Shown here piece after piece: positions 39,302 to 47,814 of a stretch of DNA of 64,000 nucleotides. The DNA is taken from positions 2,016,001-2,080,000 of the forward strand of contig OY761614.1 of the NCBI GenBank assembly GCA_963664825.1, in the 5' to 3' direction. Under the pieces are notes generated by a model that saw only the letters and a program-made list of their open reading frames with translations, was not told the DNA's origin and did no database searches. Position numbers and translations under genes: made by a program. The DNA comes from an uncultured Holophaga sp. (GTDB lineage: Bacteria; Acidobacteriota; Holophagae; Holophagales; Holophagaceae). Position 1 is the first letter of the stretch. Every line of letters starts with the position of its first letter.

Positions 39302-39992
39302 GGTATCCCTCCGAGCGGTGCGGCGCCGGAGCGTGGACTTCGAATCCCTCTGGCTCATCACCTTCGCGGACCTGATGGTTCAGCTCATGGCCTTCTTCGC
39401 CGTGGTCTATTCCTTCACCCTCCATGACCAGCGCAAGCTCGGCGAACTGGCCATCTCCCTCCAGAAGGTGCTGGGCGTGAAGGTGCAGGCCCAGACCCAG
39501 GGCCAGACACAGGGTAGTGAAGGCATCCTGCCGGGGACCCCGGGCATCCTGCCGGAAAAGGCCGCCGATCTCGAAAAGCTGCTCAGCGATCTTCGGGCCA
39601 CCGATGGACCGGATGTGGGCACGAAGATGCGCCTGGTCACCTTCCGGGGCTCCATCCTCTTCGAGGAGGGTAGCCTCGCCGTGGACCCGGTCTTCCAGCC
39701 CCTCCTGAGCCGGATCGTCCAGTTGGCGGTGGAATATCCGGGTTTCTACCTGGTGATCGAAGGCTACGCGGCTCCTGGGGAAAAGGGCCGGGGGGGCGCC
39801 GATGCTCTGGAGATGAGCGGCCTGCGGGCCCAATCGGTGCTGCGCTACCTGGCCTCCAAGGGCATGGATGCCAAGCTCATGAGCGCCGAGGCCCACGGCG
39901 ACGCGGTCATCGAAGGCGATCCCCGCAGCCCCGAGGGCCGCGCCCTGCAGCGCCGGGTGAAGTTCAGGTACCAGCGGGTGGCCGAACGGTGA
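39294..39992 (+). CDS. motB: MotB family stator subunit with OmpA-like domain
   Basis: WLITFADL..MAFF, ILF, RAQSV and RRV. Confidence 0.85.
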   Translation: MAKVSLRAVRRRSVDFESLWLITFADLMVQLMAFFAVVYSFTLHDQRKLGELAISLQKVLGVKVQAQTQGQTQGSEGILPGTPGILPEKAADLEKLLSDLRATDGPDVGTKMRLVTFRGSILFEEGSLAVDPVFQPLLSRIVQLAVEYPGFYLVIEGYAAPGEKGRGGADALEMSGLRAQSVLRYLASKGMDAKLMSAEAHGDAVIEGDPRSPEGRALQRRVKFRYQRVAER

Positions 39993-40014
39993 AAAGCCTC
40001 TTCCCGGGTTCGGA

Positions 40015-40461
40015 TCAGGGCAGGCTCGGCCGGAGATAGGGCCCCCAGTCGCCATCGCCCAGTTCCACGGCCTTGCGTTCCAGGGTCGGCAGGCGATCTT
40101 CGGGGAAGACATAGACCCAGGCCATGTAGTGCTGACCACCCTCCAGGACCACAGGATGGAGGATCCTCGTGAAGAGGTCCTCCCCCACGCCCTCCAGCTG
40201 ATCGAGGTCCGAGAGGGCGCATTCCAGATCGGCATCGTCGTCGTAGCCGACGAATTCGCCTCGGACCCAGCCGGGTCCCGGTGGAGGGGTGGCGGGGGGA
40301 AGCCCCGGCACCAGGGCCGGGAAGCCCGCCTCGGGCAAATGGAAGAGGCGCCCCGGAGCCCAGGCCTGGGTGCTGCCCAAGGGGTTGGTGCGGCTCATCC
40401 AGGCGTGCTGGCTGCCGCCTTCGCGCAGGGTGCCGTAGATGAAGAGGCCGTCGGCGAGAAT
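40015..40461 (-). CDS. Gamma-glutamylcyclotransferase (AIG2-like) family protein, probable ATT start
   Basis: LFIYGTLREG motif lies in frame upstream of ATG 40398; LDQLEG and AWVY. Confidence 0.75.
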   Translation of the reverse strand: MLADGLFIYGTLREGGSQHAWMSRTNPLGSTQAWAPGRLFHLPEAGFPALVPGLPPATPPPGPGWVRGEFVGYDDDADLECALSDLDQLEGVGEDLFTRILHPVVLEGGQHYMAWVYVFPEDRLPTLERKAVELGDGDWGPYLRPSLP

Positions 40462-40553
40462 GGTAGACTCCGGGGAACCTCTTCAGAATAGCGGCGAACC
40501 CAGGCTCTGGTTCCCCCAGGGGCCGGTCCATTCCCAGGCCGACCCCATTCGCA

Positions 40554-40736
40554 TCACACGGAAACGGATACCTCGAAGCGCTCCTGCAAGTCCTGGAGCA
40601 GCCTTTCCCGGAGCTGCAGGTGGCCCTTGAAGTCGATATTTTTCGCGTGGTGCATCTCCACGCGGACCTCCTCGCGCTCCTTGGCCAGGAGCATCCTCAG
40701 CAGGTCCATCTCCTGGGAAGAAAACTCTATTTTCAT
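40554..40736 (-). CDS. Small helical hypothetical protein
   Basis: GGGGG RBS before ATG; host-like codon usage. Confidence 0.6.
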   Translation of the reverse strand: MKIEFSSQEMDLLRMLLAKEREEVRVEMHHAKNIDFKGHLQLRERLLQDLQERFEVSVSV

Positions 40737-40827
40737 ATCCCCCCCTTCGGGCATGCCTTCGGTGGAAATCACCGGTAGCAGTGTAGGTTCCAGAAGAGGG
40801 GTGGCCACCCCAGGTGAGGGGATGGGC

Positions 40828-42432
40828 TCACTTGGGCAGGAAGCAGGCGTGGTTCTCCTTGAAGGGGCCGTTCAGGTCTCCCAGGATGCGCTTCACGGTC
40901 CCGTCCTTCATGAAGCGCCCGGCCAGCCAGCGGCGGGCCTCCACGCGGGGGTGGGAGCTGCCGCAATGGAAATCCGCGTAGAGCGATAGGTCCGTGTGGT
41001 GGCCGAAGGAACTGAGGGTCGTGATGCCGTAGCGCTCAGGCGTGTCGTGCATGGGGCTGCGGCGGGGCAGATTGAGGATGGAGGCGTTGAGATCGTGCAG
41101 GGAATCGGTCTCCCTCTGGACGAAGGCCAGGGTCGTCTCCCGGTCCTCTTCCAACTCCGTGGGCAGGCCGAAGAGGAGGTAGGCGTGGTTCTTGATGCCC
41201 GCCCCGGCGCTACTCCGCAGGGCCTTCCGCGCCTGTTCCGGGGAAACCCCCTTGTCCATGAGTTCCAGCAGGCGCGGAGAGGCGGTCTCCAGGCCCCACT
41301 GGAGCATGGTGCAGCCGCCTTCGGCCAGGTGGCGCGCGAAGGCCGGGTCTCCGAAACGCGCTTCCAGGCGCACGAAGCCATGCCAGCGCAGGGGCAGGCG
41401 CTTGGCCTGGATCACCCCGGCGATGCGTTCCAGCAGGGCGGGCGAGAGGGCCGAATCCGTGAGGTGCAGCATGGCGCCTTCGGGGAAGCGGGTGGCCACG
41501 GATTCCAGCCATTCCGCCAGGGCATCCCTGGAACCGGGCCTGTAGGCGGGATGCAGGTAGTCCGGGCAGAAGGCGCAGCGCCTCCAGTAGCAGCCGCGCC
41601 CCAGGGCCACGGGCACGGTGGGCATGGGCACTAGGTACGCGTCCCAGGGGGTGGTCTCGAGATGCGGCGCCAGGACGGCCTCATGGGGATCGGTGCTGCC
41701 CCCCAGTTCCAGGGCCAGGGCCTCCATTTCCCCTTCAGAGGTGGTGGCTAGTATCCGGTGGAATAAGGTGAAGGCCGGCCCCTCCAGGCTGGCGCCCACG
41801 GCGCTCCAGCAGGCCACCAGCGGGCCTCCGAGGATCAGCTGGATTCCGGGCAAGCGTTCCCTCAGCAGGAAGGCCAGGCGGAAGGTGGCGAAGGCCTGGT
41901 TCAGGAAGGTGAGGGAGAGGCCCACGTGGCTGACGCCCTCGGCTTCCAGTCGGGGTAGGAGCTCCTCCAGGAAGTAGGCATCGAAGGGGCTGGGACTCTG
42001 GGCGAGGGCCTCCAGATCCCGGGAATCCTGGGGGCGGCGGCCCTCCACTTCCACATCGGCCAGTCGCAGATGAAAGCCCGGATAGGGCACGGAGGCCAGG
42101 CGCAGCGCGTTGACGAGATGGTTCACCGCTGAACTGTAGACCCGGCGCTGGGCGTAGGTCTCGGCCCTTTGGAGGGGCGAGACGGCAAGGGAGGCGGCTC
42201 TCTGGGCTTGTCGGAAGGCCTGGAGGGAACCCTCCGCGTAGCCTCCTTCTTCTGCCCGTTGGAGGGCTCTGCCCAGGTTTAGAGGGGCGCAGGCGTGCCG
42301 GTACCAGCCCAGACTGGCATCGAGATCGAAGGCGTCCACGCCCCGGCTTCGGAAGACGGCGGCGGCCGCCGCCGCGGAGAGGCCGGGCTCCGAGGGCTTG
42401 ATGAGGGGAGGGGTGATGAAGGCGATGCGCAT
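40828..42432 (-). CDS. Radical SAM protein with N-terminal B12-binding-like domain
   Basis: GLS..GGP, GRGCYWRRCAFC and GLET..LMDKG. Confidence 0.85.
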   Translation of the reverse strand: MRIAFITPPLIKPSEPGLSAAAAAAVFRSRGVDAFDLDASLGWYRHACAPLNLGRALQRAEEGGYAEGSLQAFRQAQRAASLAVSPLQRAETYAQRRVYSSAVNHLVNALRLASVPYPGFHLRLADVEVEGRRPQDSRDLEALAQSPSPFDAYFLEELLPRLEAEGVSHVGLSLTFLNQAFATFRLAFLLRERLPGIQLILGGPLVACWSAVGASLEGPAFTLFHRILATTSEGEMEALALELGGSTDPHEAVLAPHLETTPWDAYLVPMPTVPVALGRGCYWRRCAFCPDYLHPAYRPGSRDALAEWLESVATRFPEGAMLHLTDSALSPALLERIAGVIQAKRLPLRWHGFVRLEARFGDPAFARHLAEGGCTMLQWGLETASPRLLELMDKGVSPEQARKALRSSAGAGIKNHAYLLFGLPTELEEDRETTLAFVQRETDSLHDLNASILNLPRRSPMHDTPERYGITTLSSFGHHTDLSLYADFHCGSSHPRVEARRWLAGRFMKDGTVKRILGDLNGPFKENHACFLPK

Positions 42433-42435
42433 GGA

Positions 42436-42475
42436 CCTTCGAGGTTAGCGCGGGAGGGCCGCGTTAACCTGAAGG
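42436..42475. promoter_or_regulatory. Palindromic divergent promoter region
   Basis: ccttcgaggttagcgcgg-gaggg-ccgcgttaacctgaagg, with TAACCT on both strands. Confidence 0.55.
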
Positions 42476-42476
42476 G

Positions 42477-42995
42477 ATGCTTGGCGCCTCCTTCACATTC
42501 CATCCCATCGGCTTCGTCCGCTCGCCCTACCTGCGGCGGATCGACGCCCCCCATCAGCCCTGCGTTACCGAGGGGCTGGAGACCGGGGATGCCGCCGAGG
42601 CCATCCTCGAACTGGAACCCGGGATACCCGAAGAGGCGCTGCGGGGCCTGGAGGGCTTCCAGCGCATCTGGGTGATCTTCGTCTTCCATCGCAACGAGGG
42701 GTGGAAGCCTCTGGTGGTGCCCCCCCGGGGCCCCCGGGTGAAGCGCGGCGTACTGGCCACCCGCTCCCCCCATCGTCCCAACGCCATCGGCCTTTCCGTG
42801 GTGGAACTAGTGTCTGTGGAGGGCCGCCGCCTGCGCCTGCGGGGCGTCGATCTGCTGGACGGGACGCCAGTGCTGGACCTCAAACCCTATGTGCCCTACG
42901 CCGACGCCTTCCCGGATTCCTCCGCGGGCTGGATCGATGGCGTGGATGCCGCCAGCGGCCGAGGGTCCGCCCCGGGCCCCCGCAAACCCAGGTAG
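42477..42995 (+). CDS. tsaA: tRNA t6A37 N6-methyltransferase TrmO/TsaA
   Basis: PIGFVRSPY, GVLATRSPHRPNAIGLS and DLLDGTPVLDLKPY. Confidence 0.92.
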   Translation: MLGASFTFHPIGFVRSPYLRRIDAPHQPCVTEGLETGDAAEAILELEPGIPEEALRGLEGFQRIWVIFVFHRNEGWKPLVVPPRGPRVKRGVLATRSPHRPNAIGLSVVELVSVEGRRLRLRGVDLLDGTPVLDLKPYVPYADAFPDSSAGWIDGVDAASGRGSAPGPRKPR

Positions 42996-43000
42996 GGGGC

Positions 43001-43208
43001 CTAGTGCACCCCGCCTGAATTACAGGTACCAGGTTTTGTTGGTGGCGGGGCGCACTTCCATGGGGGCAAGGCCCCCTCTGGCGCCCGCAAACGCAGTGCG
43101 TCTGCGGGCTGTCACCCCTCTGGGGGCACTGCCATGCCCCCAGACCCCTGCCACGTGGTGCCCAGGGTGCGCTTTGTCTGTCTCATGTATTCGAGTGGGC
43201 ACCACTAC
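43001..43208. mobile_element. Putative MITE or structured intergenic element
   Basis: Imperfect inverted ends and four internal hairpins between convergent genes. Confidence 0.5.
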
Positions 43209-44077
43209 AGCCCCCGGGCCCACTCCGGTCGCAGGGGGACCTGACCGGCCAGGGCCGCGTCGATGGAGGCCAGGATGGATTCCCTGTCCCGGGGCAGGCG
43301 CCCCCCGATGGGCAGGTAATTGGAGGCGTGATTGGAGCGGAAGATGGCCCCGCTGGGATGGGCCTCTTCGATGAACCAGCGCAGCTCGGTGAGCAGTTCC
43401 GGGATCCCCGGCAGCTCGAAGCGCCCCTCCTCCTCCAGCCTGGAGATGGGGGTGCCGGGCAGGACCGTGAGGGTCAGGGTCGAGAGGAAGCGGGGATCCA
43501 TGGCTGTGGCCAGGCGCCCGGAGGCCCGGGCATGGGCCTCGCTGCGCTCGCGCCCGCCGGCGCCCAGGAGGAAGATCAGCGATTGTTCCATCCCCGCTTC
43601 CCGGGCTCTGCGGGCGGCCTCGATATGCTCGGCCACGCTGCCCCCCTTGGCCAGTCGCCGAAGGGTCTGTTCATCCCCGGATTCCGGCCCGATGTAGAGG
43701 AGCGAAAGGCCCAGCTCCCGAAGGCGCCGGAGTTCCTCCGGGGACTTCGAAAGCAAATTGCGCGCCGTGGCGTAGGTGCTGACTCGCCTCAGACGGGGAA
43801 AGGAGGAGGCCAGGGCCAGTAGTATCGGCTCCCAGTGGCCGAGGTCCATGCCCAGGGGGTCCCCATCGGCCACGAAGACGTGCCGCACCTCTTCCGAAAT
43901 ACGGGCTCCGGCCTCGGCGATATCCTTCAGGACCTCCTCCAAAGGCCTCACCCGGTAGTGCTTGTCCCGGTACATGGCGCAGTAGATGCAGGCATTCCAG
44001 GAGCACCCCAGGGTGGCCTGAAGGATGAACGAGTCGGCCTCGCTGGGAGGGCGGAAGAGGGGTTCGATGTAGCGCAC
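43205..44077 (-). CDS. Radical SAM protein of unknown function
   Basis: RPPSEADS..GCSWNACIYC.MY, GPESG and FRSNHASNY. Confidence 0.88.
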   Translation of the reverse strand: MRYIEPLFRPPSEADSFILQATLGCSWNACIYCAMYRDKHYRVRPLEEVLKDIAEAGARISEEVRHVFVADGDPLGMDLGHWEPILLALASSFPRLRRVSTYATARNLLSKSPEELRRLRELGLSLLYIGPESGDEQTLRRLAKGGSVAEHIEAARRAREAGMEQSLIFLLGAGGRERSEAHARASGRLATAMDPRFLSTLTLTVLPGTPISRLEEEGRFELPGIPELLTELRWFIEEAHPSGAIFRSNHASNYLPIGGRLPRDRESILASIDAALAGQVPLRPEWARGL

Positions 44078-44134
44078 AGGGTATTGTCCCCCAGAAAGCC
44101 TGGGGAGCGTTTTTAAGAGGGGTGTCTGGAGCTA

Positions 44135-44788
44135 TCAGAGGGCCCTGCGTCCATAGACTCGGGTCGAAAGCGTTAGGCTGATCCCTCCGAAGGCCGCGAC
44201 GGTAAGTGCGCCGAGTGCGCCTTGAAGCGGGTGGTTCAGCATCCGGTCGGCGAGTTTCAGGATGCCGTCGAAGAGGCCCTCCATCCCCTTCCAGGCGACC
44301 AGTCCCGCGAGAGCAACCACCAGGCTAATGGCGAAGGCCGTGAGGCCCTTGGGGCCGCCTAGGGCGAAGCGGAAGGGCAGCATGAAGCAGATCAGGCAGG
44401 CCAGGGCCAGGAAGGTCAGGGCGGTGATGCCCCAGGCCGAGGGATCCAGGGCCTGGACGTGGCTGGGCGCCAGGCCGTGGCCCGCCCAGACCACCAGCAG
44501 GGGCAGTAGCTGTCCGAACAGGAGCGCCAGGAGACCGCTCACATAGCTTTCCCGCACCAGACGCCCGCGGCCCACGGGCAGGCTCAGGAGGAAGCGCTCC
44601 ACATTGGGATCCATGGCTTCCCAGGTGAGGATTACGAAGGCACTGAGCGAGAGGGCCAGCATGATCCCAATAAGGAGTGCGGGTTCCGTGCCCTTGAAGG
44701 CAGAGGCCAGGAAGCAGCATAGGAGGGGCGTGAGAATCAGGAGCTTGCGCCCATTGATGGTGAGATGGCGGAGCATCAGCGCGCCCAT
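44135..44788 (-). CDS. ABC-2 type permease
   Basis: Multiple TM helices and the LLSLPVGR..LV..Y motif. Confidence 0.78.
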   Translation of the reverse strand: MGALMLRHLTINGRKLLILTPLLCCFLASAFKGTEPALLIGIMLALSLSAFVILTWEAMDPNVERFLLSLPVGRGRLVRESYVSGLLALLFGQLLPLLVVWAGHGLAPSHVQALDPSAWGITALTFLALACLICFMLPFRFALGGPKGLTAFAISLVVALAGLVAWKGMEGLFDGILKLADRMLNHPLQGALGALTVAAFGGISLTLSTRVYGRRAL

Positions 44789-45648
44789 GGGGCCTCCCGT
44801 TCAATTTCCCGGCCATGGAAATATAGGAGATCCTCCAGGCGGGGCTTCTCCAGGATGGAATTTGGCGGCGCGTTTAGGTGGGCCGTGGGGCAAAGCAGCT
44901 CAACGCCGAATTCAAAACGTCGCCCGCCCGCGGCCCGCGCCCGGAGTGGGTCCTCCAGCAGTTCCTCGCCGCCCTTGATGAGTGTCCAACTCTCTAAAAG
45001 TTCGTCCTTGGGGCCGGAGAGCACCAGGTGCCCCTGCCTCAGGAAGGCCACGTGATCGGCCACCCGGTCCAGATCCGAGGTGATGTGGGTGGAGAAGAGC
45101 ACGGCGCGCCCCTCGTCCTGGATGACCTCCAGCAGCAGATCCAGCAGCTCCCGGCGGGCCAGGGGGTCCAGGCCCGAGGTGGGCTCGTCCAGCAGGAGCA
45201 GTTCCGCATCGTGGCTGAGGGCAAGGGCCAGGGCCGTCTTCATGCGGGTGCCCTGGCTCAGCTTCTGGAAGGGCGTCTTGAGCGGCAGTTCGAACTGTCC
45301 ACAGAGTTCCTGGAAACGCGTGGTATTCCATGTGGGATAGAAGCGCCCCACGGCCCGGCCTAGGGCGGGCACCCGGAGCAGGGGCCAGAGACCGGGGCTC
45401 TCCTGGACGAAGCCGATGCGTGCGCGGAGGCCCGGGCCATTCCTTAGGGCATCCTGGCCGAAGAGGTGGACCTCGCCTCCGTCCGGCTGGAGAAGGCCGA
45501 GCACCAGCTTGATGAGTGTCGATTTTCCCGCGCCGTTCTCCCCCACGAGCCCCGTGATGGTGCCGGGTTGGACACGGAAATCGAGGGGATGCAGTGTGAA
45601 GGCTGGATAAGCCTTCGTGAGCTGGCGACATTCCAGGAGATCATGCAT
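44776..45648 (-). CDS. ABC transporter ATP-binding protein
   Basis: GENGAGKST, LSQG, LLDEPT and STH. Confidence 0.93.
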   Translation of the reverse strand: MHDLLECRQLTKAYPAFTLHPLDFRVQPGTITGLVGENGAGKSTLIKLVLGLLQPDGGEVHLFGQDALRNGPGLRARIGFVQESPGLWPLLRVPALGRAVGRFYPTWNTTRFQELCGQFELPLKTPFQKLSQGTRMKTALALALSHDAELLLLDEPTSGLDPLARRELLDLLLEVIQDEGRAVLFSTHITSDLDRVADHVAFLRQGHLVLSGPKDELLESWTLIKGGEELLEDPLRARAAGGRRFEFGVELLCPTAHLNAPPNSILEKPRLEDLLYFHGREIEREAPWAR

Positions 45649-46324
45649 CGCAGCGCTCCGCGGCCAGGGTGGCGAACCGGTAGGCCAGCCAGATCAGCAG
45701 GGCCGCCAGGAGGACTTCCGCGTAGGGCGCGGCGGCCCCCAGATGGGCCCAGGCCCGCTGAGGAGCCTGGAGGAAATGAATGAACCTCTGGGTGATGGCG
45801 GATTCCTTCGCCAGATCTTGGGCCGGCATGTTCGCCGCGGCCCAGCCTTCCATGAGAAGCATCGTGATGACAAAGGAGAGGCCGCCCTTCTGACCAAAGC
45901 GCAGATGGAAGGGGAGCTGGGCGGCGAAGGCCCAGAGGAAGATCCAGGGCAGCGTGCAGCTCAGGTGGGCCTTGGCCAGTGCCCGGAAACCGAAGTGATG
46001 GAGGCCCGGAAGGGTCACGGCCAGGAAGAACAGCGCGCCGACGAGTAGAGCCTCCGCCCAGCGCAGTCTTACCAGTTCGTGTCGGGCGATGGGCAGGGCC
46101 AGGACATCCCCCAGTGTGCCCGCCTGGAGTTCCCGGGCGTGCAGCAGGAAGGGCAGGAGGCATCCCAGGCCGAAGGCGATGCGACCCAGCAGAGGCACGA
46201 GAAATTTTGCTTCCATCTGGGGATGGCTGAGGAAGCTCACGGGCACCATGATCAGCACGATCACGCTCAACAGCAGCAGGGCATCCCTGTGGAGCCTCCA
46301 GTCCCGCAGGAGCAGTTCACGCAT
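45641..46324 (-). CDS. ABC-2 type permease
   Basis: TM helices and LALPIARHELV. Confidence 0.75.
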   Translation of the reverse strand: MRELLLRDWRLHRDALLLLSVIVLIMVPVSFLSHPQMEAKFLVPLLGRIAFGLGCLLPFLLHARELQAGTLGDVLALPIARHELVRLRWAEALLVGALFFLAVTLPGLHHFGFRALAKAHLSCTLPWIFLWAFAAQLPFHLRFGQKGGLSFVITMLLMEGWAAANMPAQDLAKESAITQRFIHFLQAPQRAWAHLGAAAPYAEVLLAALLIWLAYRFATLAAERCDA

Positions 46325-47276
46325 GGGCCCGCCTCCCCAGCAGCACCAGGATGTCTTCCAGGCTGGGGCGCTCCACCAGGGCGTTTTCTCCGAAGTGTTC
46401 CCGGGCGCCCTGCACGTTGTCGGTGAGGGCCTCGAAGCCGAGAGGGGTCTCCCGCAGGCCCTGGAAGGCCCGGCGCACCGGTTCGCTCAGGAGCTCCAGG
46501 CCTCCCTTCACTAGGCCCCAGCGCTCCTTCACGCTGTCCTGGGTGTCCGAGAGGACGACCTTCCCGTCCCGCAAAAAGGTGACGTGATCGGCCAGGCCTT
46601 CCAGGTCGGAGGTGATGTGGGTGCTGAAGAGGATGGCCCGGCGCTCGTCCAGGTTCTCGGAAAAACGCTGGAGCAGCTCCCGGCGGAATACTGGATCCAG
46701 GCCCGTAGTGGGCTCGTCCAGGGCCAGCAGCTCCCAGTCCCGGCTCAGGGCCAGGGTGAGGGCGAAGCGCGTGCGCTGGCCCAGGGAGAGTGCCTTGGAT
46801 TTCTTGCGCGGATCCAGGCCGAAATCGGCCATCAGGCCCTTCCAGCGGGCCTCATCGAAATCCGGATAGAAGGGCGCGTAGACCTCCTTGAGGGTGGAAA
46901 GCCTCACACCCGGCGCGTATTTGGGCTCGTCGGGGACATAGACGATGCGGCGGCGCAGTTCGGGGCCCTCCTGGACCAGGTCCCGACCCAGGAAGCTCAT
47001 GGTGCCGCCATCCAGGCGCACGAGACCGAGGATGGCCTTGATGAGAGTGGTCTTGCCCGCCCCATTGGGGCCCAGCAGGCCCATCAGGGTGCCGGGCTGG
47101 AGCGTGAGGCTGGCGCCATCCAGTGTGAAGGCCTTGTAGCGTTTGGTGAGGCCGCGGAGCTGGAGGATGGACGTGATGGCCGGGCTTTGCCCGGTCATCG
47201 CGTGGGGGTCAAAGGGGGGACGTCGCGACCCAAGGGAGCAGGCGGTCCCCCTTTTCGGGACTGGTTCATCAGCCAT
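46317..47276 (-). CDS. ABC transporter ATP-binding protein with an N-terminal palindromic-element insertion
   Basis: GPNGAGKTT, LSLG and LDEPT. ATG 47276 overlaps the GntR stop; alternative ATG at 47198. Confidence 0.9.
   Translation of the reverse strand: MADEPVPKRGTACSLGSRRPPFDPHAMTGQSPAITSILQLRGLTKRYKAFTLDGASLTLQPGTLMGLLGPNGAGKTTLIKAILGLVRLDGGTMSFLGRDLVQEGPELRRRIVYVPDEPKYAPGVRLSTLKEVYAPFYPDFDEARWKGLMADFGLDPRKKSKALSLGQRTRFALTLALSRDWELLALDEPTTGLDPVFRRELLQRFSENLDERRAILFSTHITSDLEGLADHVTFLRDGKVVLSDTQDSVKERWGLVKGGLELLSEPVRRAFQGLRETPLGFEALTDNVQGAREHFGENALVERPSLEDILVLLGRRAHA
47180..47261. repeat. Palindromic element, copy 1
   Basis: 75/82 identical to 63576-63657. Confidence 0.92.
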
Positions 47277-47649
47277 GGAAGGGCTCCAGGAGCAGTTCAA
47301 ACATCTGTTTCAGATCCTCAGGGGGAATGCCCGCGGCTTGGGCCTCCTGGATGGCCTCCCGGAGGCGGCCTTCCACGGCCGCGATCCGCTTCTCCCGCAG
47401 GAAATCCAGATTGGGCGAGGCCACGAAGGTGCCCTTGCCGCCCACCGTGTCGAGGAGTCCCTCCCGGTCCAGTTCGTCATAGGCCCGCTTGGTGGTGATG
47501 ACGCTGATCTGGAGACTCTGGGCCAGCTTGCGGATGGAGGGCAGGGCCTCGCCCTCCTTCAGATCCCCGGAGAGGATCTGAGCCCGGATCTGACGCAGGA
47601 TCTGTTCGTAGATGGGGTCGGGGGAGGCGTTGGAGAGGAGGATTTTCAC
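47269..47649 (-). CDS. GntR family regulator, YtrA subfamily
   Basis: PIYEQI..LPSIRKLA..SVITTKRAY..GKGTFV. Confidence 0.92.
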   Translation of the reverse strand: MKILLSNASPDPIYEQILRQIRAQILSGDLKEGEALPSIRKLAQSLQISVITTKRAYDELDREGLLDTVGGKGTFVASPNLDFLREKRIAAVEGRLREAIQEAQAAGIPPEDLKQMFELLLEPFHG

Positions 47650-47665
47650 GGGATCTCGCAGGTTG

Positions 47666-47714
47666 ACTGTATATGTTCAATATGAACGGTATGGTCGGTA
47701 TTAAACCTTGTCAA
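47666..47714 (-). promoter_or_regulatory. Sigma70-type promoter with overlapping YtrA-like operator
   Basis: TTGACA (47714-47709), 17 bp spacer, TACCGT. Imperfect palindrome actgtatatgttcaatatgaacggt. Confidence 0.7.
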
Positions 47715-47814
47715 GGATCGAACGGGGAAATCTCAATTAGTCTGGAGTGACCTAAATGCCCGGGGTATCCCGACATCCTCTTCTTGATAGCCACTCTTTT
47801 TCTCCAGGAGTCCC

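Noticed and set aside
38522..39992. motAB as a Zorya anti-phage system
   Set aside because: MotA is 259 aa with no long ZorA-type tail, and there are no zorC/D/E-like neighbours.
40462..40554. TGA readthrough joining a 23-codon upstream ORF to the GGCT gene
   Set aside because: The extension has no family resemblance. An SD-preceded ATT start is simpler, though readthrough is not formally excluded.
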